Part shown: in pieces, positions 27,701 through 39,355 of the stretch
Layout: each line of letters begins with the position of its first letter
Position numbering within the stretch: position 1 is the stretch's first letter
Origin: Lingula anatina
Taxonomy: Eukaryota > Animalia > Brachiopoda
Length of the DNA: 64,000 nt
Direction of reading: 5' to 3'
Assembly: GCA_051362555.1 (NCBI GenBank)
Contig: CM120640.1
Coordinates: 68,550,788-68,614,787, forward strand
Notes under the pieces: generated by a model
What the model was told of the DNA's origin: nothing
Seen by the model: only the letters and a program-made list of their open reading frames with translations
Database searches by the model: none
Position numbers and translations under genes: made by a program

Positions 27701-30700
27701 CCAAAACTGGCAGAGATAGGTCCATAGTTGCTATTGAAGTTGAATAGGAAGTCATATACTGGCAATCTTAATGTGACCTTAAAATTGACCTTTGACCTAC
27801 TTTTCACCATGAACTGAACTTTGCAAATTTTGCTTCCCTTTTATCTCCAAAACTGGCAGAAATAGGTCCATAGTTACTATTGAACTTGAATAGGAAGTCA
27901 TATACTGGCAATCTAAATGTGACCTTGAAATTGACCTTTGACCTACTTTTCACCATGAACTGAACTTTGCAAACTTTTCTTCCCTTTTATCTCCAAAACT
28001 GGCAGAGATAGGTCCATAGTTACTATTGAACTTGAAAAGGAAGTCATATACTGGCAATCTAAATGTGACCTTAAAATTGACCTTTGACCTACTTTACACC
28101 ATGAACTGAATTTTGCAAATTTTGCTTTCCTTTTATCTCCAAAACTGGCTGAGATAGGTCCGTAGTTACTATTGAACTTGAATAGGAAGTCATATACTGG
28201 CAATCTAAATGTGACCTCAAAATTGACCTTTGAACTACTTTTCACCATAAACTGAACTTTGCAAATTTTGCTTCCCTTTTATCTCCAAAACTGGCAGAGA
28301 TAGGTCCATAGTTATTATTGAACTTGAATAGGAAGTCATATACTGGCAATCTAAATGTGACCTTGAAATTGACCTTTGACCTACTTTTCACCATGAACTG
28401 AATTTTGCAAATTTTGCTTCCCTTTTATCCCCAAAACTGGCTGAGATAGGTCCATAGTTACTATTGAACTTGAATAGGAAGTCATATACTGGCAATCTAT
28501 ATGTGACCTTGAAATTGACCTTTGACCTACTTTTCACCATGAACTGAACTTTGCAAATTTTGCTTCCCTTTTATCTCCAAAACTGGCAGAGATAGGTCCA
28601 TAGTTACTATTGAACTTGAATAGAAAGTCATATACTGGCAATCTAAATGTGACCTTGAAATTGACCTTTGACCTACTTTTCACCATGAACTGAATTTTGC
28701 AAATTTTGCTTCCCTTTTATCTCCAAAACTGGCTGAGATAGGTCCATAGTTACTATTGAACTTGAAAAGGAAGTCATATACTGGCAATCTAAATGTGACC
28801 TTGAAATTGACCTTTGACCTACTTTTCACCATGAACTGAATTTTGCAAATTTTGCTTCCCTTTTATCTCGAAAACTGGCAGAGATAGGTCCATAGTTACT
28901 ATTGAACGTGAATAGGAAGTCATATACTGGCAATCTAATTGTGACCTTGAAATTGACCTTTGACCTACTTATTATCATGAACTGAACTCTGCTAATTTCT
29001 TTCTCTTTTGACTCCAAACCTGGCAGAGATAGGCCCATAGTTACTATTGAAGTTGAATAGGAAGTCCTATACTGGCAATCTAAGTGTGACCTTGAAATTG
29101 ACCTTTGACCTACTTTTTATCATGAACTGAACTCTGCTAATTTCTTTTTCTTTTAACTTCAAACTTGACAGAGATAGGTCCATAGTTACTCTTGAACTTG
29201 AATAGGAAGTCATATACTGGCAATTTACTGTGACCTTGAAATTGACCCTTGACCTACCTTATGAAGAACTTAAATTTGATTGTACCATATATATTTTTTG
29301 CAATAGTTTAAAAATTCTTGTTGATTGCATTTTTACAGCTTGTCAAGCACAAAACTGGTGGCTGTGTCCCTTATTTTGTGTATGTGGGGGTCTATACGAA
29401 TGCGCTTGCTCCAGCTGGTGGTACAATATTCGGAGGCGGTATCGCCTCTCTGATCCTCTAGTTATTTCCTGTTTTTTGTCTGTACATTTGACAGCTTTGC
29501 TGCCTTGTTGTTATTAAGCAATTATATTTTCTTACTTTTTTGGACAGGCTATTTTATATTCTAGTTGATTTTTACCTTAGAAGCCACTTTTTATCCATTT
29601 GCCTCTGATCTGAAGCTTTCCACACTGTGTTATATAAATATGTAAAATAAACCATAATGTCAAATTATTGCCACGAAACCAGACCAAATGCCACTGATAG
29701 TTTCAAATAGTGTAACTTAAAGAAAAACCGCATAGTGTACATTTCATTTCAACATTGCTTGGAAAATGAACAGATATATTCTGTGAAGCAGACAAGTAGA
29801 TCAAATTTATGACCAGAAATTTGGAGAAGGTGCGGTCTTAAAGCCTGATTAAGTGATTTATTAGGGTAATTTTTTGGCCTGTGGATTTTATTGGAGTTGT
29901 GTAAGAAACTGGTTGTAGTAATCTGTATGGGTGACAGGAAACGTCAATAGCTGTTTACTCATAGCTTTTAAGTATCTTTTAAAGTACATTTGAGCCTTTT
30001 AAATTGTTCCATGATTCTAGAGAAACTCTGTGGCAATTGTGCTATGTCATGTGTTTCTTATCTTATATCAGGATTTTGAAAATGCCCAAAGTTCACATAT
30101 TTATTTCTTAAAAACAACCAACAATGATTTGATGAAATTTCACTAAGTCAGTGAATCTGGCATTGCCCTATCAGTCAATATTTTTGGTGAAATGCATGTG
30201 GAACATCCCTGAGGTTCTCATTTGAAATGTAATATTCAACTAGAGTTAGTCAGAATTACCATTAAATAGAAAAGTTAAGAAAACTGTCTAAAAACTGGTC
30301 TTATTTTTGTTGCTGTTGTTTTCAGAAGTATGTATTCCCTGTTTGTCCTTGAAGAAGCCGGATGGAACCCCAAGAAGTGACTTGTATAAAGGTAGGTGTA
30401 TGAAAGGTCAAGGTCTGCTGCTTTCAGTACCCACTAGGAAATACAAGCAGTTCTTTTTTTTAGAAAAATATTTAATTGGTGGTGCTTAATGTTAGTTTTC
30501 TGCTTAATTTTGTTGTTGAATGAAATAAATGATTTATTTATTTCATAAATCCATAAAAAAGCTGAATTTCTCATCATCTATATTTAACTGTTTGCAAGCT
30601 GTAGTTTTTTTTTTTTTTTTTTCTCATAGCATCAGCCAAGTTTTCAATTCACTTCAAACCATGGGAACCTGTCGCAGCGACCTTCAATGTCTGGTATGTT

Positions 30701-31690
30701 ACTTTCTGAACCTAATTTTATTAATGGTTATAGATGGCATTTACTTTGATGCTTTTTAAAATATCTCAGTAGCTGCCACCAGAAATAGTGTTCATGCTGT
30801 TTTGTCTCTTTATTCCAGTGCCATATATACAGGTTTAGATGGCCGCACATATGCCAGTTCCCTGGGGCCCATAGAACTGCGATTTGAAGACTTATTTTTG
30901 CCTCTAGCTCATACCAAGTGCTCCAGGCATGCCCTGGTTAATGGATTGTGGAAAATTATGTCCAGTCAAGAGTGAGTTTGTTGCTTAAAGGTTTTAAGAT
31001 GTTTTATAAGATTGGTTTCATTATCTTTGTATGGTAACTTCAGTCTTCAACCCAGTGTACATGACCTTACTTGATGCTAGTTTGTCATATATTTAAATTT
31101 GGTCTTTGTCAAAAATGGTTGAAATAATTCTCATACATTGTAAAACTTAGAACTGCAATTTATTTATATGTGCTTCATTTCAACTGCAGAGATTGCACTG
31201 AATCAGTTTTTGTGATTGAAACTAAGCAGGAAGATCAACCTCTTATCTTGAATTCATCACTTCATTGGAAGCTTATAGGAGGCAAAAATGAAGGTATGCT
31301 AATCTGAAATGAATTGAACTAAAGATATCTTAGAAAATGGTCTTTTCATAATTCCACATTTTCAATAAGGCAATTCAAATTACTGAAAAAAAAATTAATG
31401 TTCAGTTGCCAGCATTTTGTTTAGCATAGGTTTAATGTAATGCATACTTTTTTGTGTGTGAAAGTTTGTTTGATATAGTTTGTATGTAATGCAAATCATT
31501 GCTAGGAAGATATATATATTTTTTGCTTCTAGATGGAGAATCATTGGTTGGTATGAACTTGCCTCCAAACACACACCTTTTGATGAAACAAAAGCCATTC
31601 CAAGGCCGGACTGTAGTATCTGTATTAACTGATAACTGGAGGATCTTACCATCAGTTTATAATTATCTCCTGGGACTAGCTGGAACATGA
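1509..31690 (+). CDS. AP5B1: AP-5 complex subunit beta-1, 3' part (18 exons, ~633 aa; 5' exons lie upstream of the window)
   Basis: Phase-consistent GT-AG exons: 1509-1583, 1781-1924, 2246-2393, 2700-2853, 3114-3203, 3411-3546, 3946-4081, 4423-4529, 5301-5373, 19783-19849, 20183-20253, 20516-20589, 20906-20987, 30326-30391, 30630-30693, 30819-30971, 31190-31293, 31533-31690(TGA). Translation has HPKFAPHLIDFL, GNWRKGNGLLAVCRSIL, the adaptin motif DIRDRARFYYAVL, EVCIPCL, FEDLFLPL and C-terminal LPPNTHLL...TDNWRILP, matching AP5B1 as recalled. Confidence 0.88.
3666..3755. repeat. (TA)n microsatellite followed by poly-T
   Basis: Direct reading; produces the YIYIYI ORFs. Confidence 0.95.
7409..10475 (+). 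mobile_element. Non-autonomous Helentron/HINE-like element, family A copy 1, with ~13 x 146-bp internal tandem array (~8410-10270)
   Basis: 5' TTGTACCACCAGC (7409-7421) within a hairpin; (CCGGCTCCG)n microsatellite; exact inverted copy GCTGGTGGTACAA at 10426-10438; 3' stem-loop GAGGCG-GTAT-CGCCTC; terminus CTAGTT. No coding capacity. Confidence 0.85.
10866..11942 (-). CDS. Candidate nested antisense gene, Pro/Ser-rich protein of unknown function (two coding exons, >=227 aa)
   Basis: ATG at 11942 (ggaATGG, in-frame stop just upstream), acceptor with poly-T at 11990; exon 11942-11548 ends AG|gtaatt; exon 11153-10866 starts cag| and ends AG|gtaagg; the phase-2 join fuses ORFs 11544..11942 and 10862..11110 in frame; GC content is raised over the flanks. 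Terminal exon unresolved. Confidence 0.55.
13440..17845 (+). mobile_element. HINE-like family A copy 2 (divergent subfamily), interrupted by a nested DNA transposon
   Basis: Same 5' hairpin GTACCACCAGCG..CGCTGGCGGTAC, same microsatellite, more degenerate 146-bp monomers, identical 3' end ...TGATCCTCTAGTT. Confidence 0.85.
14888..17017. mobile_element. 2130-bp TIR DNA transposon with TTAA TSD, Kolobok-like, non-autonomous
   Basis: TTAA at 14884-14887 and 17018-17021; termini GGCCGGTGATAG / CTATCACCGACC (11/12 inverted match); removing it restores the monomer sequence attgaacTTAAataggaagtc. Purine termini plus TTAA fit Kolobok rather than piggyBac (CC termini). Confidence 0.8.
19246..19609. 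repeat. 79-bp minisatellite, ~5 units (one internally deleted)
   Basis: ACATTTGAGAATCTCTGATTACTGAA... starts at 19246, 19325, 19404, 19483 (deleted unit) and 19530. Confidence 0.9.
22186..29510 (+). mobile_element. HINE-like family B: truncated copy (22186-~23362) followed by a second copy (~23373-29510) interrupted by family A copy 3
   Basis: 5' hairpin ATGTACAGACAC-AGAT-GTGTCTGTACAT after a T run, GTCGCC-like microsatellite, ~160-bp degenerate internal repeats; 3' end TGTCTGTACA..GACAGCTTTGCTGCCTTGTT at ~29477-29510. Confidence 0.78.
24931..29463 (+). mobile_element. HINE-like family A copy 3 with ~23 x 146-bp array (~25940-29260)
   Basis: Near-identical to copy 1 outside the array; inserted at catagTT|atttcctg as shown by the empty site at 1311-1325. 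Confidence 0.88.
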
Positions 31691-31960
31691 AAAACTTATA
31701 AGTATGACACCAAACCTGATTAAATTCTGCCAGGGAAGCAGAGACAGATTTCTACGGATATTCTGTAGCTAATACTGTGCACATTGATGTTCTGTGAATA
31801 TTTTCACACAAAATCACCCCGCTGACTTCTGGTGGAGTTAGACGTGGCAGTCCCTGAGGGAAATTGGAGACAAAACTATATTTCAACTCAATTTAGGCCT
31901 TAATACAGAAATATCTCACTTTGATGTCATGAAACCTTATTTTCTCTCTGCCAATAAGTG

Positions 31961-32152
31961 CGGGGTGTCCCATAAATGTAATCACTCTTTGACTGCACAT
32001 TACTCATAATTCTTGTTTTGATTTGGTTGTTTACTGGCATACTGATGAGTCTAGATAGTTAAATTAAAGAAAAAGAAAAATTAAATGTTCTCAAATAAAA
32101 AAAAAAATATTATTAATGGGCAGTCAAAAATGTAGTACATTTTAGGACACCT
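31961..32152. mobile_element. Degenerate Tc1/mariner-like MITE downstream of the AP5B1 stop
   Basis: GGGGTGTCCCATAAATGTAATCACTCTTTGACTGC is an imperfect inverted repeat of GCAGTCAAAAATGTAGTACATTTTAGGACACCT. Confidence 0.55.
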
Positions 32153-32648
32153 ATTTTTAAAATTAGCAGTTACGAATGTAATAGGAGTATTTGAAGCCTT
32201 AAACAAGAACTGTACTTTTTAAATGTCATACAGATGTGATTTGATTCTAGTATTACATTATATTAGGAACGTATTACCAATACATTCTTGATTACATCAT
32301 AGATATCTCAGTATAAATTAAATTTTCTCAGCCTTTTATTGGTTAATGTGGTTGCTGTCAGTAATTCAATCTCTGCAGTCTTACCATTTCCTGGTTGCAG
32401 CATGATTTCGTTTATTGATCATCCAGCCTTATCAGGGTTTGAAGAGTTACCTACTCATCTTGTTAATTACCTTCTTCATACTGTGTGGGAACATGTGAAG
32501 CAGCTGGGTTACATAAACGAGCTGTCAATAAAAAAGAGAGACTTTGTTGAATACAATTTTTTTTTATTCTTGCTTTTTTAACATTGTGTGATTTTCTCCT
32601 TATATTGCTGCACATGAAAAAAAAAAGTTGAAAACTGTCGAAATTGTA

Positions 32649-35600
32649 TTAAACAGTAGTTTCAACTTCTGGAAAATTTTTATCCAATGATGTAATGCCT
32701 TGATTGCTTTCACGTGAGGGCAGGGAGCTGCTGAACTGTTTGGTAAATAACGGAGGTCCCTTTTTATAGCTCTTTTTGGTACAAAACACTTTAACTGTGG
32801 CAAGACGAAACTTTGTAGACATAGCATTGTAAATGATGGGGTTGGTGGCACAATGAAGGTAAAACAATACTCTTGCGAATGTTAGCAGGTTGTAATATCC
32901 CTCCAGTCCAAGTGCAATCATATTTTCTCTTGTGGCATAAACAACCCATAAGCTTATTGTCCTTATTGGCAAGTGAAAAACAAAGAACGAAAAAACAACC
33001 AAAGTTAGCATGACCACTACTTGCCTTCGTTTTTTCAGACGAACTTTGGCCACCAAAATATTTTGGTGACTTTGAAGGGTGGCGTCATTGGAAAGGTTCT
33101 TCGCAATAATTATGTACATGATTAGCAAGGCTAAAAAAGGAAGAATGAAAAAGAAGCACAAAACGAATATGATGTATCCTATTTGCCACGTCTCCTTGAT
33201 GGTGTTCCTGCACACTTTAATTGGTGTTCCATCTTTGAACTTGGAGTCCTTGTAAATGGGGATAAAGAAAAATGGAAGGCAGGCCACGATGGCGGACATC
33301 CAGCTCACCGCTATCAGGATTCCAATCTGTGATCTGCTCAATACTTTGGTGGTTCTAGTTTTAACGGGCTGGCATATGCCACGGTAGCGTTCACAACTGA
33401 TCATCACTATGGTTATCGTTGAGGCTAAAGCTGTGCAGTTTTCGAAAAAGGGGACACTTTTACCTGAAAATATACACGCACACATATATAAATATTTTAC
33501 TGATCTTTCGTACATCCCCGACAGATTACTGATATACAGTACACATATTCATATACATATATACATATTATGTATTCGAATGCATAATTTTTATAAGACT
33601 CACGTAAACAGACATTCAGTGAGACAATATTTAAGTTCACCTATCAAAGCTAACTTTTTATTCAGCATCTTTAATATCTATAAACGCAAGCTCATTAATT
33701 GCCTCTCTTCTTTTTGAACATCGATATCGGCGACGTCGAACATTTCTGTTCACCCATTAACTGTCAAATTGTACGTTTGTAAAGTGCAGGTCAGATTAAA
33801 AATCAGCTTGATCAGATTGTATTCATAAAAGTTATTGCATTTCCTTGATCATTCTGTACATGTTTTCGTATCGTTTGCCATTGATTGCCAATCTGTACTT
33901 TTTAATTAACATTGAACTTATAAAGGTCAACTCTCCAATTCCTCATTTTTGTTCGTACAAAAAAACTGCATCTGAAGGAAGCACAGATTAAGTGAAATCC
34001 TAACCTGGTTTTATCAATTTTTGTCTAATTTTCTTTGCCAATTTCTCCCAGCACCAATCGTCGATGATTTTAGAGATGACTTAATTCGCTTTTCAATATC
34101 GTATGTTTCCATAAACTGAACACAAGTTTAAAATAATAAAAAACTGCGTTCTGAACGCAAGTCTGGTTTCTTAGACTCTGTGCTTTAAATAATATAAAAA
34201 CAGTTAAATCCTGTTTGTTGTAACCTTTAGGATAAGAAATTTTATTCCCGATCTTCCTATATTTAGCACTTTTTACAGTAATAAAACTTCTGACCTTTTC
34301 ATTTTTGCAAAGCGAAGAGGCAAGAAGTAATAAGAGCGAAGGAAAGAAAATTGTGTTCTTAAGGTTATATTGTATGTTCAAAGTGTATTTCTTCATTTGG
34401 AAATAGAATGATGATCATCATGTACTAAGAATTAGTGAGGACAACAAGAAATTCATTTGTTGTAATTGGGGTCTCTCTCACTCTCAAGGACTTGTGTTTA
34501 ACTACAAATTGTGGGGAAATGTCAGACACACTTTCTCTCAATTTTGAAAGAATAATGGCTTCATATTCTTTCATTACTGTTTTCCTCAGTAGAACGTTGG
34601 AAAGGTTTCGCGTGCGTTATGCCATTGCGTGATACAAGTGGTTAAAAAAGAAAATGAACAGGAAGAATTCGACATAAAAGAAGCGGCTTGACCCGCTAGG
34701 GTTAACCCAGAAACCTTACTGACGTTGATTCAGCATTTTGAAATTAACGAATTGCTCTTCAAAGAAGAAATACGCGCAGCAAAATTGATATCTCTCATTC
34801 ATTTTAATCTAGCGTCCGTTTTAAGGTCATTATACATAATGTATATCTGATGGAGCAATTTGTTGTATGGTTTTCTCGAAATGTGGTCACCGTGCCTTAA
34901 CAAATTATTTAATCAGAGTGGATAAAGGGCAATTTTCTTAAAAGCACAGTCTGGGTGCCAAAGCTAAGCCAAACTTTCCTTTTAAAATGTCCCTTTCTCA
35001 ACCTGTTATCATGAAAAGGGCCAACAGGTGGTTCAAATGGCACATATGTTGTTTATGTGCTGGCCGATTTAAATGGCCTGAAATATCAATTTGACGCTGT
35101 CACTGTAGACAAATTTGAATTCTACATAAGATGGGTGGAAAACGAATAAAAAAGATGAAGAGAGCTTTTGGACACCTAACTTGGACGACTGAGGCTGCCA
35201 TACTTGTTAGGGTGACAAAAACACCAAGATTCTAGTTTCTATCAAATAAAATTTCATGATTGAAATACCTTTATCAATGTAACAGAATTATAGGATGAAT
35301 CTTTATCACTTCTCCAGGCACCGCTTAAATGTTCCACGTATTGTAATAAAGTATTCACGAAGCTCAGTAAAAATGTAGGCTTAATGCAAAACTCTTGTAC
35401 AGCTTGGGGATAGCCATTATATTACCTTAAGTCAAACATTTACAAGGAAAAGTTGGTTGTCCGAGGTTGTATTCTTAGATTTTTAGACACTTTTTGGGCT
35501 TCTGACTTAATTGATATTCTATTCTTGGTGCCCGTTGTTTCGTCAGCATTGTTCTATGTTTGACAAATGTTCATTTTGGCAAAAAAGTGGATTTTCCTCA

Positions 35601-35839
35601 GGTAAACGACAAACTCTCCACACTTACCAATGGTTAATGAATCTGTTGTGACATTCAAAGTTGGCCCCTGTCTTTTTTCTAAAAAGCTTTTTTTGTAATA
35701 ATTTCTTTAAAGATCATTCCAAAGAGAAGTCATCTTTGGAGGTCGCATGGTCAAATGGGACGCATAGATTCCAGAATAATTGCGATAACTGCCGTTTTGT
35801 GGTAAAATAGAATTTATCATATTTTTATGAGTTTTTTTA

Positions 35840-35884
<45 letters not shown>

Positions 35885-35888
35885 TGTG

Positions 35889-35923
<35 letters not shown>

Positions 35924-36442
35924 CGTATACGAAGAGTTGTTATCCATTGAAGTGCCTATAAATCACCGTTTCTTGAATCAGCAGGTATCGACAATTAAAT
36001 ACGTTTGTATGTAACTGATAAACTAATTTAAGGATCGCTGATAAACATACTTACACATCGCCTCTCCCAAAAACCACACCTCCTTGGCGTAAAGGTCTAT
36101 GAGCGCCGTTGGCATACATATGACCAACACCAGTAAATCCGATAGACTCAGGTTCACTAGAAACAGGTGCGTGGCGCTCTGCATGGTTCGACTACATAAC
36201 ACAACATAAACGATTAAAATGTTCCCAATTATTCCAAACAAAAATATACTGACGTAGAAAAACGTTGTAGTTATTAAAATATAAGCTGGAATATCAGGAA
36301 CGATCCTTCCTGGTTCATACCCAGTATTGTTGGTTATGTTTCCTTGAGAGTAGGTAAGTTCGCAGTTTGTAGAATTGTCCTCTAAGCTGCATTCCGTCCA
36401 TAGCATGTCTGTTGTGTTGATTGTGCCACTTGTATATGCCAT
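32649..36442 (-). CDS. Rhodopsin-class neuropeptide GPCR, ecdysis-triggering hormone receptor (ETHR)-like, 400 aa, two exons
   Basis: Exon 1 36442-36055 (MAYTSGTINTT..., N-glycosylation sequons, GIIGN in TM1, FLVNLSLSDLL in TM2, WFLGEAMC, donor gtaagt); exon 2 33463-32649 (ttttcag acceptor; KSVPFFE, SCERY, NPIIYNAMSTKFR). 1203 nt in frame. MCKSVPFFE and LGLEGYYNLLTFARVLFYL resemble ETHR-family motifs. Confidence 0.9.
35843..35921. repeat. poly-T plus (TG)n microsatellite in the GPCR intron
   Basis: Direct reading; a similar T(n)(TG)n is at 37331-37387. Confidence 0.9.
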
Positions 36443-37330
36443 GCTATAGGTCACTTTTATCCACCAGTCGTTTAACAAGCAATGTTCACGATCGCCTTAC
36501 CAGTCGGTATATTCAAACGGCTTGCGTCAACCTGCGAGTTCTGTTGGTGTCAGCCTGAGTAAGATGGTCTTAGTATCTACCGTATTAGTACCTACCGTCC
36601 AACTCGGTGTGTGGCTTTTTATTGAGAGATACGCCTATTAGGGAAATCTTACCCTATACCAGGACCACAGATTGATTTGACACTATAGATAGTCACAGAT
36701 ATGTCTCTGGGTAATTCATGACACGATTCTCTGCTGCGCTAGAGAGAAGTGCACACGGTTCATCTGTGGCCCTAGCAGATGGAAGGGAAATCTTGGGAAA
36801 CGCCAGAGCGTTGACGCAATTTGCTGACTAGTCTTCACGTAATGCTTCTGGAAGATTAGATGGATAAAACAATCAATATCTTTAAACACATAGAAATTGA
36901 AATACGACTCGACAGATAGGTTCAAAGAAATATTTGAGCAAGCAACGGAAGCAGGTCCTTTCACTTTTCACATTTTCATAAAAGAGGTAATTATTCCTTA
37001 CATTGTAGAATGATAGGCGAACAAGATTTTTTTTAAAGAAAAAGGGTATTGTTGATTGTCTGACAAAAAACTGTCTTCACATAAGAATACAGTGTACATG
37101 AACATTTTTTTTAAAATTTTAACGTATTACCGAGTTTTAACAATTCTTAATAATTTGACGTGGGTCGTCGCGTTTAAGTCAGGATGATAGACACTACGAC
37201 TGATTCTTATCTGAATTTTAAACAAAAGAATGTTTCGGAGAAAAACGAAAGAGCCACGCAATCTAATAGATCAACGCAGTGTCAAGGTCCATTGCTTTTA
37301 CTTATGACCTCCTATGACCTCCTATCCACG

Positions 37331-37388
<58 letters not shown>

Positions 37389-37801
37389 GAATATTTGTTT
37401 CAAGGTATACTATCCGCGTATAAAAAAATCGATTTGGAGGGAAAATCCCGGAACAAAAATCTTTAATCACGTGTTCTGAAACTCCGTTATTAATCAAGCT
37501 ATGTTTAGTGGTTGGATTTAGTCCATATAGCGCCCGAGTTTACACATAAGAGAGAGAGAGAGAGAGCAGGGCACAGATAACTTTGGAATCCTGTCATTAT
37601 ATTTTCTGCCTTGGTTACAGTAATCTAGTCATATGAGCAGCCAAAAGTTAACATTTGTGATGAACGATGTACATTTCCCCCGATTAGTGTCGTTTCAATG
37701 AGTTTCGTGCGTGGTTTAAATGTCATAAATAGCACTCCTGATAAAAGACACGGGGTCGATATAGCCGTCGATACATTGGTAAAATATATCTTAATATCAG
37801 A

Positions 37802-38052
37802 GGGCCCATTCCCAATGAAGCTATACCGTTTACGTAGATCAGTCCATCTCTTCGGGGACCCTCGCTGACAGAAATCAGTGTAACACGCCTCCTCTTGATC
37901 CCATGGTGCCCGTACATGTATAATCAACAGCTTTTCTGTATTCTACTCAACGCCAGGAGGCGTGTTAATACGTTATCTGATTGCATTCAGCGAGAGTCTC
38001 CACGGAGTTAGAATGATCTACGTAGAACGAAAGTTTCGTTGGGAACGAGCCC
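37802..38052. mobile_element. Palindromic MITE
   Basis: Long imperfect arms (GGGCCCATTCCCAATGAAGCT..TACGTAGATCA..TAACACGCCTCCT versus AGGAGGCGTGTTA..TGATCTACGTA..GTTGGGAACGAGCCC); absent from the paralogous duplication unit; related copy at 53966-54176. Confidence 0.7.
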
Positions 38053-38321
38053 GTATTCAGTGCTGCCAGCCGCATTAACAAACCACTAATATTCCGTGTA
38101 GTAGAACCGTCTGTTTACTGTACTTATATGTTCTGTTAATGAGACTCAACAAACAGTATGAGAACTCAAGATTTACTTTGACCTGAACCCACCTCTTTAT
38201 CAGTAAAGTGAAAATAAGTATGCATATCTCAAACGCAGATGACTGTCACTTAAAGTAATATGTAATTGATAGTCTTGCCAGAGAGCCTGGAAATCTTATT
38301 CATCTTATTTTCCAGTATGTT

Positions 38322-39355
38322 TTTTTTTTATGTACAGACACATATGTATCTATACACACACATGTATAGCCATCACTGATTCTGTCGCAGTCGCTGTGCA
38401 CTTTCAGTGATAACACTATAAGTGGAAAACCGTTTGACCTTTTGCTTTCAAGCTTACAGAACTCATGAATATTCATAAACTACATATCGAGTTCAAAAAT
38501 CAGCTTTATAGGACCATTTTTCCAAAAGGTATGCTACTTTTTCCCTTTTTTTCAGCATATTTAATCCACCGTTATACAAATTAAATGAAAATCGTTTTAC
38601 CTTTTGCACCCAAACTTTTAGAACTGATGAATATTCATAAAATACAGCTCGAGTTTGAAAGTCAGCCTCACTGGACCATTTTTATAAAAGTTATGCTATT
38701 CTTTCGCTTTTTTAGCATATTATATTCACCGTTATGCCAGTAAAATGAAAATCGTTTTACTTTTTGTCTTACAGAACTGATGAATATTTGTGAAAAACGG
38801 GTTGAGTTTAAAAATTAGCTTGATTAGACCATCGTTTTTCAAAAAGTTATGCTGTTTTTTTTAAGCATATTTCATACACTGTTATACAAATAAAATTAAA
38901 ATCATGTCACATTTTGCCTGAAACTTGCCGGACTGATTCACAGGTCTAATATACAGATCAAGTTCGGCAACTATCTTAATGGTTTTTTATTTTTATTTAT
39001 TTTTTTTTATTTATTCATTTTTTGTTGAAGTTATGCTGGTTGTTATGTATGTGGGTTTTCCTCAGATTTAATTATTAGTATGTGAACAGTTTGAGTATTG
39101 AACTAATTAGATTTGCAAAAGTATTCTTTTGACATTATCTGCATCTTAGCAATTATGTTACAGTGTAGTTGATTATATATAGTTAAATAATGGTAAATCT
39201 GTTATTGTGTACTGTCTAATAAAGTTTCAAAATGGAAATAAACTCATATCAGTGCAGTTTGTCAAACTCACTATGTTCAGAATCTCAGAAAAGAGCAAAT
39301 TGGACATTTTTCTTTCTTATTGTCTATAAATTTGACAGCTTTGCTGCATTGTTTT
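38322..39355 (+). mobile_element. Older, shorter HINE-like family B copy
   Basis: T run then ATGTACAGACACATATGTATCTATACA; ~160-bp repeats; ends TGTCTATAAATTTGACAGCTTTGCTGCATTGTTT; absent from the paralogous site at ~40760. Confidence 0.75.

Noticed and set aside
25940-29260. CRISPR-like or integron-like array
   Set aside because: Monomers are contiguous with no unique spacers, and the context is eukaryotic with no cas or integrase genes.
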